From Methanopyrus kandleri AV19 (GTDB taxonomy: Archaea > JAADCQ01 > Methanopyri > Methanopyrales > Methanopyraceae), in contig NC_003551.1 of assembly GCF_000007185.1 (NCBI RefSeq), positions 1,080,001-1,112,000 of the forward strand: 32,000 bases of DNA, given 5' to 3'. The position numbers and the translations under genes were made by a program. The notes under the pieces were generated by a model. It was not told the DNA's origin, searched no databases, and was given only the letters and a program-made list of their open reading frames with translations. Shown piece by piece: positions 29,530 through 32,000 of this stretch. Each line of letters starts with the position of its first letter. The stretch's first letter is position 1.

Positions 29530-30027
29530 GTGGAGGTCCCGGAGCACCTCGACAGGTGCAGGTCGATCGTGGGGCGGCTCCGGGACGCGCTCCCCGTCGG
29601 GCTACCGGTTCCGGGAGGTATGGACGTGGACACGGAAGAGCTCGTTCGGATGGCCGAGTGGAAGCTCTCGGAGGCCGAGCGCGCGCTGGAGGAGGGCCCG
29701 GAGTCGCCCGCGGTCGCCGAGGCGCATCAGGCCGTCGAGCTCCTCGTCAAGGCCGCGCTTCGGGAGCTGGACGTCGAGCCACCGAGGACTCACGATATCC
29801 GACGGCTCCTCGGCGTGCTCACGACGGAGCTGCTGGACCTGGGCGAAGGGGACCTGGCGGTCGAGGTCCGACGGATCGCCAGGGAGCACCGCGACACGCT
29901 GGCGTCGCTCCTGGAGGGGTACTTCTCCCTGTTCGAGCCGCCCTTCGAGGGAGACGCCGAGGAGGTCGTGCGGGCGGCCGGGAAGGTCTTCGAGGACCTC
30001 CGCCGGATCCTGGAGAAGGTACGCTAG
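29530..30027 (+). CDS. HEPN-domain protein, partner of the adjacent nucleotidyltransferase
   Basis: ELVRMAEWKLSEAERALEEG...AVAEAHQAVELLVKAALRELDVEPPRTHDIRRLL, RRIAREHRD (Rx4H), AAGKVFEDLRRIL; 18 nt after the MNT ORF. Confidence 0.75.
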   Translation: MEVPEHLDRCRSIVGRLRDALPVGLPVPGGMDVDTEELVRMAEWKLSEAERALEEGPESPAVAEAHQAVELLVKAALRELDVEPPRTHDIRRLLGVLTTELLDLGEGDLAVEVRRIAREHRDTLASLLEGYFSLFEPPFEGDAEEVVRAAGKVFEDLRRILEKVR

Positions 30028-30239
30028 ATACCGGGGGACTGACGTCACCCTCGGCACCGCGGACGGGTCGTCACCCTCCCCATAGGCCTTCATTCGAGCT
30101 CAGGTATTTCCAGGCCTTCCGCGCCCGAGCCCGGATTCCTGATTCGTGGGAGTTCGCGGGAGTCGGATCGGAGAGCTTCCCGCGTCCGGCGGGTGCGACC
30201 GACGGTGCGCGTTCGTAGTCCCTTGCCTAACGGAAGTTC

Positions 30240-31139
30240 TTACCCCTCCATCATCGCCCGGACCGGCGCGTTGATCCACTGCAAGGCTAGTGCCAGCGCG
30301 CCCAGTGCGTGCAGTCGGATCGGGTAGGCGAAGTACAGGATCATTCGCCCGGAGCCCGTCCGGACGATCATCGTCCCGCCCGGGCCCATGAGGATCCTCC
30401 CGCCGCGGGCGTGCCACGCGGGGAAATACTTCACCTTGACCAGGACCCACCGGTGACCGCTCGTGTCCACTTCGACCCGATCCCGGTGCATTCGGGTCGG
30501 TACGGGATGAAGCTCCGATCCGAACCCGTTCAGTATCTGGGAGTACAGACGCCGTTCATGCAGGCTCGACCGTCGGCAGGTGATCCCACCGGCGTTCGGC
30601 CCGGAGGAGGTGGAGGGAGTGCCGCCGAGAAGCGTAGAGCGACGACGCGAGCAGGGCCGGGGCGAGGATCCGACGGTCCCTATCGGCGATCGACAGAGAC
30701 CGAGCCCGAACGATAGCGTCATCGGGTAGATGCCGCCCATGATCCACTCGAACTACATCCCGGAGGCCGCGAGCGCCCCCGTCCCAGGCTGAGGGTCTCG
30801 CCCTAGGCCTAGACTCCTCGCGAGCGCGTACGCGCCGAGGGTGAACGAGAGTGCCGCCAGGAGGAGCCCCCGCGAAGGCGCTCGGGCCGCTCAGGACCCC
30901 CGCCAGCGGGGCCCGTGAGGTGGTGGGGGAGGAGGCAGTAGAAGGTCGTGTACGGGAACCCCAGGTACCAGTACGGGCACAGGTCGATCGGGTCGCGTCC
31001 GGTGAGCGCCCTCAGCGCGTACTCCGAGGCGAGCGCGTGCGGGAGGCGCGTCCCGCGGCACTCAGGGGTTGATCAGGATCGGGGAGACGATCACGACCGC
31101 GGCGAGCGCGGGGACCGCCTACCACCCGTGCCGTCTCAC
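30240..31139 (-). pseudogene. decayed AglB/STT3- or GT-C-like integral membrane protein
   Basis: Minus-strand remnants: VRRHGW*AVPALAAVVIVSPILINP*; LPHALASEYALRALTGRDPIDLCPYWYLGFPYTTFYCLLPHH; RGLLLAALSFTLGAYALARSLGLG...SGM*FEWIMGGIYP; C-terminal HRWVLVKVKYFPAWHARGGRI...MIVRTGSGRMILYFAYP. Confidence 0.6.
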
Positions 31140-31365
31140 GTCGGACACCCTTTCCCGCCGGCGACGATTGGGAGATCCCGGCCTCTTATCCGCGACGATC
31201 GCCCCGCGCCCCGATGGTGCGATCGAGACGTTACGAGTTACGTAACGATAAGACCCGTCGTCGGTGTCGACGTACATCTCTGTTGTGAACCGACCACTTA
31301 CGCTTTGAACTTGGAGATCAACCTGCACTGATCATGAAAGAAATGGATGAATAACTTAACGTAAA

Positions 31366-31401
31366 GATTCTTACAGTGATTACAGATTAATTGCTAGCGA
31401 G
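31366..31401 (+). repeat. degenerate CRISPR repeat-like unit
   Basis: GATTCTTACAGTGATTACAGATTAATTGCTAGCGAG resembles GTTTCATTACCCGTATTATTACGGGTTAATTGCGAG, 63 nt upstream of the first clear repeat. Confidence 0.5.
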
Positions 31402-31464
31402 GGAAGAGACTACGGCGAGAGGACCAAATAGATGGCGATTCAGGGGGCTAAAGAAGGTCACTAG

Positions 31465-31962
31465 GTTTCATTACCCGTATTATTACGGGTTAATTGCGAG
31501 ATGCAGGCACAATGAGTTTGCGGACAAAGACGATAATGTATTGTTAAGAGTGTATACGTTTCATTACCCGTATTATCACGGGTTAATTGCGAGTATGTTA
31601 GCTGGTCGAGGAAATTGTGGCGGTGTTAAACTCCGGAGAAACACGTCGAACCCGTTTCATTACCCGTATTATTACGGGTTAATTGCGAGCTCGCGATGCG
31701 TGTGCGGACCGCACCGTGCCCGCGTGCTATGACGGATCTCCTCTTCGCGACGTTTCATTACCCGTATTATTACGGGTTAATTGCGAGACATGAGGTCCAG
31801 TTCCAGAAGCCTGAGCGGAAGCGCAAGGCGCTCGACCCGGAGTTTCATTACCCGTATTATTACGGGTTAATTGCGAGGGTCAAGGAAGTCTTCCCTTCAC
31901 TGAAGGAAAAACTAGAGGATGACGAGGTTTCATTACCCGTATTATTACGAGTTAATTGCGAG
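31465..31962 (+). CRISPR. CRISPR array: 6 repeats of 36 nt (GTTTCATTACCCGTATTATTACGGGTTAATTGCGAG), 5 spacers
   Basis: Repeats at 31465-31500, 31558-31593 (T->C variant), 31654-31689, 31752-31787, 31842-31877, 31927-31962 (G->A variant); spacers 57, 60, 62, 54 and 49 nt, all different. Confidence 0.97.
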
Positions 31963-32000
31963 AACCTAACTTAGCATATGATGGTGGTTATAATTCAGAT

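Noticed and set aside
29513-30218. Alternative ORFs overlapping the HEPN gene
   Set aside because: Arg/Ser-rich out-of-frame translations; the HEPN frame carries the conserved motifs.
30753-30755. In-frame TAG as possible pyrrolysine codon in the membrane protein remnant
   Set aside because: Additional TAG, TGA and frame changes in the same gene point to decay; no supporting Pyl machinery seen in this window.
31391-31974. ORFs across the CRISPR array encoding repeated FHYPYYYGLIA peptides
   Set aside because: The 36-nt repeat is a multiple of three and several spacers (57, 60, 54 nt) preserve frame, so the open frame is a by-product of the array.

Overview
High-GC archaeal window. The gene content (Hmd-family paralog, MCM-like protein, many TTG/GTG starts) suggests a Methanopyrus kandleri-like genome; that identification is inference. 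Main contents: (1) a minus-strand cluster at ~2.6-12.2 kb of predicted exported proteins: two paralogous NodB-like putative deacetylases/hydrolases, a protein with duplicated beta-rich modules and a Ser/Thr/Gln/Arg-rich linker, and several signal-peptide/TM proteins; (2) an MCM-like AAA+ protein whose Walker A, Walker B and arginine-finger regions all look degenerate; (3) two members of a paralogous orphan family (15.0-16.0 and 27.5-28.4 kb); (4) an Hmd-family paralog, a split GH114/TM1410-like gene, a 2TM-domain protein, an MFS transporter, a GATase1-like exported protein and a possible divergent FtsZ/tubulin-superfamily protein; (5) a minimal nucleotidyltransferase/HEPN pair, a second possible HEPN gene and a decayed AglB/STT3-like membrane gene; (6) a short CRISPR array (six clear 36-nt repeats, unusually long 49-62 nt spacers) plus one degenerate repeat one spacer-length upstream. 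Several otherwise coherent reading frames continue in another frame (about 8.4, 10.8, 10.97, 11.94, 16.28, 19.54, 20.85, 26.03 and 28.99 kb). Decay, assembly indels and recoding cannot be separated from sequence alone. No cas genes, tRNA or rRNA were recognised.
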